NCBI RefSeq assembly: GCF_056712565.1
Contig: NZ_CM160072.1
Direction: 5' to 3' (one strand)
DNA length: 64,000 nucleotides
The translations under genes and the position numbers were made by a program. Below the pieces are notes generated by a model, which worked only from the letters and a program-made list of their open reading frames with translations, had not been told where the DNA came from and did no database searches. Shown here one piece after another: positions 52,647-63,648 of this stretch. Within the stretch, counting starts at the first letter, position 1, and each line of letters begins with the position of its first letter.

Positions 52647-53708
52647 TTAATCCGGGAAATTAATCACAACTTTCCCGCATTTGCCGCTTGCCATCAGTGC
52701 ATAAGCATCTCCCGCCTGTTCCAGCGAGAAGCGGTGGGTAATGGCATTACGCGGCCACAGTTTCCAGTCCGTTAAATCGTGGGCGCATTTTTCCATATGG
52801 AACAGACTGGTCACCCAGGAGCCGATAATCCGCCGTTGATGGTGCATCAGGTCAGCGCTAACCTCGAACTCGACTTTTCCGGTTTCACCAATGTAAACCA
52901 CGCGTCCCCAGTCAGCGGTGGATTGCAGTGCCAGTAAGCGACCTGCGGCATTACCGGAACAATCAAGCGCAACATCCGCGCCGCCGTGAGTGAGTTCGGC
53001 GATTATCTGCGGCAGACCTTCGGTGGTCGCTAAATAGCCGTGATCCATCACTCCTAACTGTTTCGCCATCGCCAGACGTTCCGGCAACATATCAACGCCG
53101 ATGATCCTTTTTGCACCGCGACCTTTCGCCAGCATCATCGCCATCATGCCGACCGGCCCCAGACCGACCACCAGTACGTTATCACTGCCGGAAACTTCGC
53201 CGCGCAAAATCCCTTCATACGCTGTACCAACGCCGCAACTGATAAACGCACCATCTTCGTAACTCAGTGCATCCGGCAGGAGGATCAGATCTTTTTCTTC
53301 CGCCAGCAGGTATTCAGCATGGCCGCCGTCACGCTGCCAGCCGTAAGCGGCTTTTCCTTCACCGGTGCAGGAGATAGGAAAACCGCGACGGCAGTTCGGG
53401 CAAAAGCCACAACCGGAAATGTGATACACCAGCACGCGGTCGCCCTCTTTAAAATGGCGACAGCCTTGCCCCATCGCCACAATCTGCCCGCACGGTTCAT
53501 GACCGTTGATAAATCCCTGGTATAACGGTTTATCGGGTGCCGCCGCCGTAGCGCGGTGCTGGTGGTAGATATAGTGGACATCGCTTCCGCAAATCCCGGA
53601 GGATTTCATTTTGATCAGTACCTGGTTAATCCCCGGCGTCGGCACCGCAACTTCCCGCAGATCGACGGTCGAATTTCCTGGTAAATAAGCTGCCAGCATC
53701 GTTTTCAT
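52647..53708 (-). CDS. yphC: Zinc-dependent alcohol/polyol dehydrogenase YphC (MDR family)
   Basis: 353 aa from MKTMLAAYLPGNSTVDLREVAV...; GICGSDVH zinc-binding signature. The track ORF has an 11-codon extension. Confidence 0.85.
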   Translation of the reverse strand: MKTMLAAYLPGNSTVDLREVAVPTPGINQVLIKMKSSGICGSDVHYIYHQHRATAAAPDKPLYQGFINGHEPCGQIVAMGQGCRHFKEGDRVLVYHISGCGFCPNCRRGFPISCTGEGKAAYGWQRDGGHAEYLLAEEKDLILLPDALSYEDGAFISCGVGTAYEGILRGEVSGSDNVLVVGLGPVGMMAMMLAKGRGAKRIIGVDMLPERLAMAKQLGVMDHGYLATTEGLPQIIAELTHGGADVALDCSGNAAGRLLALQSTADWGRVVYIGETGKVEFEVSADLMHHQRRIIGSWVTSLFHMEKCAHDLTDWKLWPRNAITHRFSLEQAGDAYALMASGKCGKVVINFPD

Positions 53709-53773
53709 AAATCCCTCATTAACAATACGATTAATTTTCATCCCTGCCGCACCTGCGCCAGGGGCGTTAAGGT

Positions 53774-54772
53774 TTAGCGTTTCGCTTTACTGCTACGCTG
53801 GGTCAGCAAGATATTCGCCAGCACCGCCACCACGATGATGACGCCGCGCACCACCTGCTGGAAAAAGGAGTTAATCCCGAGCAGCACCAGACCGTTACCG
53901 ATTAGCGTAATCACCAGTACGCCAAGCAGCGTACCGAACAACGAGCCGCGACCGCCGGAAAGCGCCGTACCGCCGACAACGACCGCGGCGATGACGTCAA
54001 ACTCCAGACCGTTTGCGGCACCTGCGTTACCGGAACCGAGGCGCGCCGCCAACAAAATGCCGGTCACCGCCGCTAATAATCCCGAAAGGGTAAAAATAAG
54101 AATGCGTACCCGACGAACGTTAATACCGCACAACTGCGCTGCAGTGGCATTACCGCCAACAGCAAAAACCGAGCGCCCGAAGGCGGTTTTGCGGCTAATG
54201 AACACAAACAGCGCAAATAACACCATCATGATCAGCGCGGATACCGGCACCCCGAGAAATTGTCCGCCCAGCCAGTCCAGCACTTCGTTTTCGTTAATTG
54301 GCACTGGCAAGGCGTTCGTCATAAACAGCCCCATTCCGCGCAGGGCGCTCCATAAACCCAGCGTGGCAACAAAACTTGGCACGTTAAACACGCCGCGCAG
54401 CACCCCGGCGAGCGTTCCCATCAGCGCACCTAACAGCAACACCAGCAGACAAGCAATCGCCAGCGGAACGTCAAATTGCAGCAAAAACGCCAGGCACACT
54501 GAAACAAAAGCCACCATCGGCCCAACGCTGACATCAATTTCACCGGAGATAATAATCAGCGTCATCGCCCAGGCGGCGATCCCAATGGTGGCGGCATCGC
54601 GCAGCACGTTCATCTGGTTATTCAATGAGATAAAGCCAGGCGCATTCAGGGAGAAGACCAGATAAAGAATGGCAATCACCACCAGCAAACCGATCTCATT
54701 AATATGGCGACTGACAAATTGTTTGAGCGAGACGCTCTTGCCCTGCGGCAATGGTAATGACGAAGCAGACAT
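53774..54772 (-). CDS. yphD: ABC transporter permease YphD (RbsC-like sugar permease)
   Basis: 332 aa, multi-TM, branched-chain/sugar-type permease sequence. Confidence 0.85.
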   Translation of the reverse strand: MSASSLPLPQGKSVSLKQFVSRHINEIGLLVVIAILYLVFSLNAPGFISLNNQMNVLRDAATIGIAAWAMTLIIISGEIDVSVGPMVAFVSVCLAFLLQFDVPLAIACLLVLLLGALMGTLAGVLRGVFNVPSFVATLGLWSALRGMGLFMTNALPVPINENEVLDWLGGQFLGVPVSALIMMVLFALFVFISRKTAFGRSVFAVGGNATAAQLCGINVRRVRILIFTLSGLLAAVTGILLAARLGSGNAGAANGLEFDVIAAVVVGGTALSGGRGSLFGTLLGVLVITLIGNGLVLLGINSFFQQVVRGVIIVVAVLANILLTQRSSKAKR

Positions 54773-54796
54773 CTTCAGGTTCCTCGGTAAAATTCA

Positions 54797-56308
54797 TCAG
54801 TGCACAGACAGAATGGCGGACATCAGCTCATCCACATTGACCGGAGAGTGAAACTCCTGCGAGAACGTACCGTGCTGTAACAACAGAATGCGGTCGCACA
54901 CCAACGGTAACTCCTCCACTTCACTGGAGATAAACACCACGCTTTTTCCTTCGGCAGCCAGCTCGCGGACAATACGGTAAATCTGCTGTTTGGCTTCGAT
55001 ATCGACGCCGCGCGTTGGCTCGTCGAGCAACAAAATCTGGCTGGCGGCATAGACCCAACGACCGATCACCACTTTTTGCTGATTGCCGCCAGAAAGCGTG
55101 CCGATGGGCGTTTCGCTACTGGCGGCCTTGACCGTCATCCGCTGCATCACCTCTTCGGTCAGGCGGCGGATGGTGGACCATTGCAGCACACCGTTGGCGC
55201 TGATTTTTTGCCGATTGGTCAGCACTGTATTTTCGTCAACGCCCAACCAGGGAATGATCCCCGCTTCTTTGCGGTTTTCTGGCGTATAGCCAATGCCGCG
55301 TTTCAGCATGTCGCCGTAATCGGGGCGCGTGATTTTCTCGCCGTTGATAACAATTTCGCCCTGTTCATACGTCTCCAGCCCAACAATCGCCTTCAGCAAT
55401 TCACTGCGCCCTGCCCCCAGCAGACCAGCAATGCCGAGCACTTCGCCACAACGTAGCGTAAAACTGATATCCTCCAGCTTGGGCTTATGGCGTAACGCAC
55501 GGACTTCCAGCACGGCTTGATCCATAATTTCCTGAGGGGCAACCGGCGCAATATCAACGTGATCGCGCCCGAGCATTAGCGACACAATATGATGCGTAGA
55601 GGTGTTTTCGAGCATCACATCGCCCGCCACCTGACCATCGCGCATAACGGTGGCACAGGAGGCAATGCGGCGAATTTCTTCCATCCGGTGGCTGACATAA
55701 ATCACCGCCACGCCCAGTGCCGACATCTTTTTCACCGCGCTGATCACCAGTTCAACTTCCGCACTGGCAAGCGAGCTGGTGGGTTCATCAAGAATGACCA
55801 CGCGCGGCTCGCCCTTCATCACCCGCGCAATTTCCACCAGTTGCTTTTGCGCCGGGCTTAGTGTTGAAACAAGTTGTTCAGGACTAACGTCAACGCCCAA
55901 CGCCTGCAAGCAACGTTGGGCGTCCTGCGCCATTTGCAGGTAATCAATCATGCCGTTGCGGCGGGGCCACTGACCGAGGCAGAGGTTTTCCGCCACTGTC
56001 AGCCCTTCCACCAGACTTAACTCCTGATAAACCGCACGAACCCCCAGTTCAGCGGCACGGCGAGTCAGCGTAGCTTCGTCACCTTCCAGTCGCGTCTCGC
56101 CAATCCAGATATCACCGCTATCCGGACGTTCGCTACCGGTCAGCATTCGAATGAGGGTCGATTTTCCCGCACCGTTTTTGCCTAACAGCGCGCGAACTTC
56201 GCCTTTATTGAGCGTGAAGTTAACGTTATCCAGCGCAACGACGCCGGGGTAACGCTTATTTCCTGCCACCACTTTTGCTACCGGGACTGCCTCTGTTGCC
56301 GTGAACAT
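54797..56308 (-). CDS. yphE: ABC transporter ATP-binding protein YphE (duplicated ATPase, RbsA-like)
   Basis: 503 aa; two Walker A sites (GKNGAGKST and a second in the C-terminal half) and the LSGGNQQKV signature. Confidence 0.9.
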   Translation of the reverse strand: MFTATEAVPVAKVVAGNKRYPGVVALDNVNFTLNKGEVRALLGKNGAGKSTLIRMLTGSERPDSGDIWIGETRLEGDEATLTRRAAELGVRAVYQELSLVEGLTVAENLCLGQWPRRNGMIDYLQMAQDAQRCLQALGVDVSPEQLVSTLSPAQKQLVEIARVMKGEPRVVILDEPTSSLASAEVELVISAVKKMSALGVAVIYVSHRMEEIRRIASCATVMRDGQVAGDVMLENTSTHHIVSLMLGRDHVDIAPVAPQEIMDQAVLEVRALRHKPKLEDISFTLRCGEVLGIAGLLGAGRSELLKAIVGLETYEQGEIVINGEKITRPDYGDMLKRGIGYTPENRKEAGIIPWLGVDENTVLTNRQKISANGVLQWSTIRRLTEEVMQRMTVKAASSETPIGTLSGGNQQKVVIGRWVYAASQILLLDEPTRGVDIEAKQQIYRIVRELAAEGKSVVFISSEVEELPLVCDRILLLQHGTFSQEFHSPVNVDELMSAILSVH

Positions 56309-56330
56309 AGGGACCTCTGCGAATCAGCGA

Positions 56331-57314
56331 TTAGGGCAGACCATCAACGTGCGTTGCCAGCCACTGTTTACCGTCTTCCGTTTTGGTATAGAGATCGATT
56401 GGCACCTGAATCACTTTTTCACCGTCGGCTTGTTTATTGATAACCTTCAATGTTTGCGCGAAAACAGCATTGCCCATTTTCTTACCGGAAATATCCACCA
56501 CCGCTTTCAGCACCTGGTTGTTTTCCAGCTCCTGAGCAATTTCAGTGGTCATATCAGAACCGAAAACAGCAATTTTTCCGGCCTGATTTTGATTACGTAC
56601 CGCTTTTACCGCGCCGAGTGTCGCTCCGCCCGATTCCCCCATAATGGCGTTGAGATCCGGCGTGGAGATAATCAGTTTTTCACCGACAGAAATCGCTTTA
56701 TCTAAAACAGTCCCTTCCTGATTAGCGACAATTTGCGCGCCGGGAACGCGGGTTTTTAATACTTCTTCAAACCCTTTACGACGTTGCACACAAACTTCAA
56801 AGGCTTCGCAATTGATGACGGCAATTTTCGGCTGGTCAATTTTGTTGGCAATAAAATAATCGGCGGCTGCGTTACCCAGTTTTTTACCAAATTCCAGCGG
56901 GTCACCAACCAGATATGCCGAGACATATTTATCGACACCCTTTTGATTAATACAGGTGTTGTAGCAAATCACCGGAATACCCGCTTCACTGGCGCGACGA
57001 ACGGTACGGCTACTGCCATTTTCAGACACTGCCGATAAAATAATGGCATCGACATTACGCTCCACGAGGGTATCAACAAAGGTACTTTCTTTCGAAATAT
57101 CGCCCTGAGCGTTAGTTTCAATTAATTGTACCTGTACTGAAGAATCTTTTGCCGCATCCTGAACGCCCTGACGCACTCCGGCGTAATATCCCTGGGTATC
57201 AAGGTATATTGCGCCAATAGTCATTTCTTTATCAGAAGCCCTGGCAAATAGTGCGCTACCCAATAGCGTAGCCATTAATAATAAATTACGGGTTCTTGTC
57301 ATTTTTTTAGGCAT
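56331..57314 (-). CDS. yphF: Periplasmic sugar-binding protein YphF
   Basis: 327 aa; signal peptide MPKKMTRTRNLLLMATLLGSALFARA; type-I periplasmic binding fold. Confidence 0.85.
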   Translation of the reverse strand: MPKKMTRTRNLLLMATLLGSALFARASDKEMTIGAIYLDTQGYYAGVRQGVQDAAKDSSVQVQLIETNAQGDISKESTFVDTLVERNVDAIILSAVSENGSSRTVRRASEAGIPVICYNTCINQKGVDKYVSAYLVGDPLEFGKKLGNAAADYFIANKIDQPKIAVINCEAFEVCVQRRKGFEEVLKTRVPGAQIVANQEGTVLDKAISVGEKLIISTPDLNAIMGESGGATLGAVKAVRNQNQAGKIAVFGSDMTTEIAQELENNQVLKAVVDISGKKMGNAVFAQTLKVINKQADGEKVIQVPIDLYTKTEDGKQWLATHVDGLP

Positions 57315-57410
57315 AGTGCCTCCTGTAGGGTTTTTATTTACAACGGCTTATTTTAATTATTTGAGCGTGAGCGGCAGCGCGTGCCGCTCAAATATTACAG
57401 TTAATAGGGT

Positions 57411-60400
57411 TTAGTGAACGTAGCTAAAAATAAAAGGCATCACGGTGGTGAATAATGCCGCTTTCGGCCAGGCTGGATTAATCGCCATCAATTCAGCGCG
57501 AGCAGATTCATAGTGCGCAACCTCCCCTAATCCCGCGGCCGCCAGCATCGCCACCATCAGGCATTTTTCTTTATGCTGCTGTTGTAAATCGCTATACAGC
57601 GACAACAAGTCAGGCTGCGAGACGGCAAAGAAATCCGCTTCGATACTGGTTTTCGCCATCTCTTTCGCCCACTGTTTCATTTCACTAAACAGTTGCTGTG
57701 CGGTGTGTTGTTCGCCCAGCAGTCGCAGCGCCATTCCTTGCCAGAAGAGATAATCAACCGGCTGATCGTTGTAATAACTGTGGATGTTAATGGTGCGATC
57801 GCCGGTCGCCGCCAGACGTAAACAACGCATCGCTTCAGTTTCATCGCCCTGCGCGTTGGCGCATACTGCCTGCCAGAACCAGATGTCGTTGTCAGTTTGC
57901 CCCGGTAAACGGCCTTCGCTTAAATTCTCCGGATAATGCAGCGCGGCATGAAGCAGTTCGCTGGCCTGCTGCGGCTCTCTGGCATCAAGATGCTGCCAGG
58001 CGCGTAATAACTGGTTGAGGATAAACTGGCTGGTGACCTTCCCTTCCCCACCTTCCCACGGGTGGAATTTGCGCGTGGCGAGAATGTCCGCCGCTTTGTC
58101 TGCCTGACCAGTGAGATGCCACAAATTGAGCAGTTCTGCGGTCATGTCGTCGCGTTTCAGCGCAATTTCCAGATTATTTTCCAGACGCGCCAGTCGTTTC
58201 TCCGGTGTGACACCGCTTAACTTATCCAGCAAATCCCGTTCGAAAAGCAGACGTGCATCCTGCGGCGCAAGCTGATAAGCATTATCAAGATAACGCGCGG
58301 CCAGCTCATAATCGTGCTGCTTATTCCACGCATGGATCGCCAACCCGCGCCAGCCGTCGGCAAACTCCGGCGACATCTCTACGCAACGCTGCCATAAGGC
58401 AATGGCTTTACCGTAGCTACGCTTGTTGTAGTAGAAGCAGGCCAGTAAATGCCGGGCAAACCAGCACTCTTCGATACTCTCCAGCGCCGCCACTTCTTCC
58501 AGCGTATTCGGGAAACGGACAAACTGCGGGAAGGCATCAATAGCTTTTACGACCAGTTCTCCGCGTTCAGCTTTTGGTAGCAAACTGGCTTGCAGGTAAA
58601 GCGGTAGCGTGCGCTGACAGTCCAGTGCGTTCAGCATATCTGCCGCCAGGGCGGGCATGCCCCAGTTAATCAGTTGCCCGGCGGTCATCAGGGCGTTAAC
58701 GTCGCGTCCCTGACAAAGACCTCGCCACTGTACGAGGGCAGATTCGCTACGACCATCGAACCAGTTCAGCCACCACAGAGTAGCGTTCAGCGGATAATCA
58801 CGCAGCAGTTTCTCGCGCTGCAAACGCGCGTTGTCCTGACGACCACTTAACACCAGTAGCAGGTTATGCAGGCAAAGCACTTCCTGATTGGTTGGGCAGG
58901 CGCGAAGACTTTGTTGGCAAAAATCCAGACCAGCGTCAAAGTTACCATTACGCGCCGCCAGCCGTGCCAGACCATAATAGCCGCCTGCTTTACTGTTGCC
59001 GCTCCAGACCGCACGCCAGAAATCCTCTTCGGCTTGTTGATATTGCCCCTGACGTTCGTAAGCACTGGCGCGAATCAAACTCGCCTGTCCGCACTGCGGA
59101 TTTTTGTTCAGCGCATGTGCGCGTTTCAGCGCCTGAGTGGCATACGCCACCGCTTGCGGGAAATCGGCACGGTTATATTCCAGCATCGCCAGCGCCAGGT
59201 TACAGCGATAATCCAGCGGATCCAGCGCCACGCCGCGCAGGTAGTAATCGAACGGTGAACGGCTCGCGTGATGATATTGCTCCAGATGTTGACCGATAAA
59301 CCAGGCTTCATCTGTACTGGTAATGTCTTGTGCTGCCAGTGGCGCTTTGGCGACGTCCGGCAACGGCAACGCTTGCGACTGATGTTCATGATAACTCAGT
59401 ACAATATTGCCGTCGGCATCGGAGAGCTCAATGGTCAGCCTTTCAGGATTGATACCGTGCAACACGCCCTGGATGGCGGTCGCTGGTGTCAGGGCCACGG
59501 CATCATCGAGCAACGCGTTGCATTTGCCGATTTCGCGGATCGCCAGGCGGTATCCGTTCAACGGAGAGATGGCATACAGCCCCCACTCAATCCCCCGCTC
59601 ACTACGCTGGAGTTTTATCACCGCATCGCGGGAGGCATTTTGCACCATGCCCAGAGAATGATAAGGCAGGAAATACTGCTCGAAACGCTTCTCCTCGTAA
59701 GCATCAAGCCAGGTAAAATCAGGCTGGTTATCGGCAAAAATACCGGTCATCAGTTCGATATACGGGCCGTTATTGTCAGTCAGGCTCTTATCCCACGCCT
59801 GGCCAAATTCACTGTGTCCCCAGCTCCACTGTTTTTTACCTGGCGCAATATGGTGGTTGGCAACGTGTAGCAAACCACCATCTTCATCGTGACACCACGC
59901 GCCAACAAAATCGTACTGTGATTTTTCAGCCATATATGAGGTTGGAACGGGCACATTTTTATAGCGAGAAATGTCCACTCCGGCGGAGTAGTCCACTTTG
60001 TAGTAAGTGCCGGTGGCGATGGGGAAAGCGGAGACGGCCCGTTTACCGTGATCAAACACCGCAGTCACATCCGGTGGGAAAACGCTCTGATGCCCTTCAC
60101 CCCCTTTCACTGCCGGGTTGGCCCACCACAAGAAATGACGCGGCGTGGCGTTGCCGTTATAGACGCGACTGGCGATTTCCAGCGCCGCCCGGTCAGGGCG
60201 CAGGGTGAAACCTGTCATCACCTGTAAACCGTGCATCGGCTCCGTTTCGCCGACCCACACCGTCTGTGCGCCGTCGTCATGGGCTTCGAGGGTGAAATCA
60301 ACGGGCATAAAGGTGGTCGGGCGATGGTGTTGCGGCCAGTTAAACTCAATCCCGCCGGAGATCCACGGCCCCAGCAGTCCCACCAGCGCCGGTTTAATGA

Positions 60401-60692
60401 CTTCATTGTGATAAACAAAATCGCGCTGTTTCACTTTATCCCACGCGCGATGCACCCGACCGCCCAGTTCCGGCAGGATCATCACTTTGATGTAGTCGTT
60501 TTCCAGCCACACCGCCTGCCAGGATTTCAGGGTTTTCTGCTCGCTCAGCGTATCGGTCACGCCGTAGGGATAAACCGCGCCGGACGATCCCTGATAAACG
60601 CGATTTTCCAGGAACATGGGATGTATATCCTGCGGCCCGGTTTCATAGGTCGGGATCTCAACGCGCTCTTGCCACACTTTTACTGGAGTCAT
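57411..60692 (-). CDS. yphG: Large TPR-containing protein YphG
   Basis: 1093 aa from MTPVKVWQERVEIPTYETGPQD...; ATG at 60690-60692 with GAGGG RBS. The track ORF has a 31-codon extension. Confidence 0.8.
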   Translation of the reverse strand: MTPVKVWQERVEIPTYETGPQDIHPMFLENRVYQGSSGAVYPYGVTDTLSEQKTLKSWQAVWLENDYIKVMILPELGGRVHRAWDKVKQRDFVYHNEVIKPALVGLLGPWISGGIEFNWPQHHRPTTFMPVDFTLEAHDDGAQTVWVGETEPMHGLQVMTGFTLRPDRAALEIASRVYNGNATPRHFLWWANPAVKGGEGHQSVFPPDVTAVFDHGKRAVSAFPIATGTYYKVDYSAGVDISRYKNVPVPTSYMAEKSQYDFVGAWCHDEDGGLLHVANHHIAPGKKQWSWGHSEFGQAWDKSLTDNNGPYIELMTGIFADNQPDFTWLDAYEEKRFEQYFLPYHSLGMVQNASRDAVIKLQRSERGIEWGLYAISPLNGYRLAIREIGKCNALLDDAVALTPATAIQGVLHGINPERLTIELSDADGNIVLSYHEHQSQALPLPDVAKAPLAAQDITSTDEAWFIGQHLEQYHHASRSPFDYYLRGVALDPLDYRCNLALAMLEYNRADFPQAVAYATQALKRAHALNKNPQCGQASLIRASAYERQGQYQQAEEDFWRAVWSGNSKAGGYYGLARLAARNGNFDAGLDFCQQSLRACPTNQEVLCLHNLLLVLSGRQDNARLQREKLLRDYPLNATLWWLNWFDGRSESALVQWRGLCQGRDVNALMTAGQLINWGMPALAADMLNALDCQRTLPLYLQASLLPKAERGELVVKAIDAFPQFVRFPNTLEEVAALESIEECWFARHLLACFYYNKRSYGKAIALWQRCVEMSPEFADGWRGLAIHAWNKQHDYELAARYLDNAYQLAPQDARLLFERDLLDKLSGVTPEKRLARLENNLEIALKRDDMTAELLNLWHLTGQADKAADILATRKFHPWEGGEGKVTSQFILNQLLRAWQHLDAREPQQASELLHAALHYPENLSEGRLPGQTDNDIWFWQAVCANAQGDETEAMRCLRLAATGDRTINIHSYYNDQPVDYLFWQGMALRLLGEQHTAQQLFSEMKQWAKEMAKTSIEADFFAVSQPDLLSLYSDLQQQHKEKCLMVAMLAAAGLGEVAHYESARAELMAINPAWPKAALFTTVMPFIFSYVH

Positions 60693-60809
60693 GGTGCCCT
60701 CAATATTAACAAGACATACTGAATTAAAAGATTTGTGGCAGTGTATTGAACAATCTGGCAATGTTTTCGCGGAATAATCACGCAATTAACTAAACAAGGT
60801 TTAGTAAAG

Positions 60810-62003
60810 ATGAGAGCCTGCATTAACAATCAACAGATTCGCCACCATAACAAATGCGTGATTCTGGAACTGCTGTACCGGCAAAAGCGCGCCAATAAAT
60901 CAACGCTGGCCCGGCTGGCGCAAATTTCGATTCCGGCGGTCAGTAATATTTTGCAGGAACTGGAAAGCGAAAAACGGGTGGTGAATATCGACGATGAAAG
61001 CCAGACGCGCGGGCATAGTAGCGGTACATGGCTGATTGCGCCGGAAGGAGACTGGACGCTGTGCCTGAACGTGACGCCCACCAGCATTGAGTGTCAGGTC
61101 GCTAATGCCTGTTTAAGTCCGAAAGGCGAATTTGAGTATTTACAGATTGATGCACCGACGCCGCAGGCGCTGCTGTCCGAAATCGAAAAATGCTGGCATC
61201 GCCACCGTAAATTGTGGCCGGACCGCACCATCAATCTGGCTCTGGCAATCCACGGTCAGGTTGATCCAGTGACCGGCGTGTCGCAAACCATGCCGCAAGC
61301 GCCGTGGGCAACACCGATTGAGGTGAAGTACCTGCTGGAAGAGAAGCTGGGCATTCGGGTAATGGTCGATAATGACTGCGTGATGCTGGCGCTGGCGGAG
61401 AAATGGCAAAATAATTCACAAGTGCGTGATTTCTGCGTAATCAACGTTGATTACGGCATTGGCTCGTCGTTCGTGATTAACGAGCAAATTTATCGCGGCA
61501 GTTTGTATGGCAGTGGACAGATTGGTCACACCATCGTTAATCCGGATGGCGTCGTCTGCGACTGCGGGCGTTATGGCTGCCTGGAAACCGTCGCCTCGTT
61601 AAGCGCATTAAAAAAACAGGCGCGGGTATGGCTAAAATCACAACCGGTTAATACTCAGCTTGATCCTGAAAAATTGACTACCGCGCAGTTAATCGCTGCC
61701 TGGCAGAGTGGAGAACCGTGGATCACCAGTTGGGTTGACCACAGTGCCAACGCCATTGGTTTGAGTCTGTATAACTTCCTCAACATCCTCAATATTAATC
61801 AGATTTGGTTGTACGGTCGCAGTTGTGCCTTTGGTGAGAACTGGCTTAATACCATTATTCGCCAGACGGGATTTAACCCGTTCGACCGCGACGAAGGACC
61901 GAGCGTGAAAGCGACACAGATTGGCTTTGGGCAATTAAGCCGCGCACAACAGGTACTGGGAATTGGCTATTTGTATGTTGAGGCGCAGTTACGGCAGATT
62001 TGA
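60810..62003 (+). CDS. yphH: ROK-family regulator / sugar kinase homologue YphH
   Basis: 397 aa; N-terminal HTH, ROK core with the C.CG..GC zinc motif (CDCGRYGCLE). Confidence 0.85.
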   Translation: MRACINNQQIRHHNKCVILELLYRQKRANKSTLARLAQISIPAVSNILQELESEKRVVNIDDESQTRGHSSGTWLIAPEGDWTLCLNVTPTSIECQVANACLSPKGEFEYLQIDAPTPQALLSEIEKCWHRHRKLWPDRTINLALAIHGQVDPVTGVSQTMPQAPWATPIEVKYLLEEKLGIRVMVDNDCVMLALAEKWQNNSQVRDFCVINVDYGIGSSFVINEQIYRGSLYGSGQIGHTIVNPDGVVCDCGRYGCLETVASLSALKKQARVWLKSQPVNTQLDPEKLTTAQLIAAWQSGEPWITSWVDHSANAIGLSLYNFLNILNINQIWLYGRSCAFGENWLNTIIRQTGFNPFDRDEGPSVKATQIGFGQLSRAQQVLGIGYLYVEAQLRQI

Positions 62004-62016
62004 TGGCGCGATAACG

Positions 62017-62047
62017 TAGAAAGGCTTCCCGAAGGAAGCCTTTTTTC
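62017..62047. terminator. Bidirectional intrinsic terminator between yphH and glyA
   Basis: gtagaaa-ggcttcc-cgaa-ggaagcc-tttttt: perfect 7-bp GC-rich stem flanked by an A-run and a T-run. Confidence 0.6.
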
Positions 62048-62066
62048 AACAGATTAACCGTTTCGC

Positions 62067-63320
62067 TTATGCGTAAACCGGGTAACGTGCGCAGATGTCG
62101 AGAACTTTACCTTTGATGCGCTCGATAACGGCTTCATCATTGATGCTGTCCAGCACGTCACACATCCAGCCAGCCAGTTCTTTCGCTTCGGCTTCTTTAA
62201 AGCCACGACGGGTAATCGCCGGAGTACCTACACGAATACCGGAAGTCACAAACGGGCTCTTCGGATCGTTCGGTACGCTGTTTTTGTTCACGGTGATGTT
62301 AGCACGGCCCAGAGCGGCGTCTGCTTCTTTACCGGTCAGGTTTTTATCAACCAGATCAACCAGGAACAGGTGGTTATCAGTACCACCAGAAACCACTTTG
62401 TAGCCACGTTCGAGGAACACTTCTACCATCGCTTTGGCGTTTTTCGCGACCTGCTGCTGGTAAGTTTTGAACTCAGGTTCCATTGCTTCTTTCAGAGCAA
62501 CCGCTTTACCGGCGATTACGTGCATCAACGGACCGCCCTGACCACCAGGGAAAACGGCAGAGTTCAGTTTTTTGTACAGCTCTTCGCTACCACCTTTCGC
62601 CAGGATCAGGCCGCCGCGCGGACCCGCCAGGGTTTTGTGAGTGGTGGTAGTAACAACGTGAGCATGAGGAACCGGGTTAGGGTAGACACCAGCGGCAACC
62701 AGGCCCGCAACGTGCGCCATATCAACGAACAGGTAAGCACCGATGCTGTCAGCGATTTCACGCATTTTCGCCCAGTCCACCACGCCGGAATATGCAGAGA
62801 AGCCACCGATAATCATTTTCGGTTTGTGTTCTTTGGCTTGTTTTTCCAGATCGGCGTAGTCGATATGACCGGTAGCATCGATACCGTAAGGAACGATGTT
62901 GTACAGTTTACCGGAGAAGTTAACCGGAGAACCGTGAGTCAGGTGACCGCCATGCGCCAGATTCATACCCAGAACGGTATCGCCTGGTTCCAGCAACGCG
63001 GTGTAGACCGCAAAGTTAGCCTGGGAGCCGGAGTGCGGCTGGACGTTAGCGTAGTCAGCGCCGAACAGTTCTTTCGCACGATCGATCGCCAGTTGTTCAA
63101 CGATATCAACATACTCGCAACCGCCGTAGTAGCGTTTGCCCGGATAACCTTCAGCATATTTGTTGGTCAGCTGAGAACCCTGCGCCTGCATTACGCGCGG
63201 GCTGGTGTAGTTTTCGGAGGCGATCAGTTCGATGTGCTCTTCCTGACGTACTTTTTCCTGCTCCATAGCCTGCCACAGTTCGGCATCATAATCGGCAATG
63301 TTCATTTCACGCTTTAACAT
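62067..63320 (-). CDS. glyA: Serine hydroxymethyltransferase
   Basis: 417 aa from [43 protein letters not shown]...; PLP site [14 protein letters not shown]. Confidence 0.97.
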
Positions 63321-63598
63321 CCGCATCTCCTGACTCAGCTAACAATAAAATTTTTGGCCTTTATAGGCGGTCCTGTTGGACAACGGCGAACAGTATAACC
63401 GAATCATTGTGCGATAACAGGTCTTGACAAAGGAATTTACGCAAACGATTACCTTCAGGCTACGCAAGGCTTTGGAGAATAAAGAGCTTGCAACCGGAAA
63501 CGGATTTCTTTTCAGGTTTGTGATGCAAATTTTTCACTTCATCACATTCTTTCTGAAAAACACCAAAGAACCATTTACATTGCAGGGCTATTTTTTAT

Positions 63599-63621
63599 AA
63601 GATGTATTTGAGATACATCAA
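63599..63621. promoter_or_regulatory. NsrR-type operator (11-1-11 inverted repeat) in the hmp promoter
   Basis: AAGATGTATTT-G-AGATACATCAA about 30 nt upstream of the hmp ATG, matching my recollection of the AAGATGYATTT-N-AAATRCATCTT NsrR consensus. Confidence 0.45.
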
Positions 63622-63648
63622 TTAAGATGCAAAAAAAAGGAAGACCAT

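Noticed and set aside
53835-54665. 276-aa plus-strand ORF
   Set aside because: Antisense to yphD (Pro/Thr/Ser-rich low-complexity translation).
62370-63317. 315-aa plus-strand ORF
   Set aside because: Antisense to glyA.
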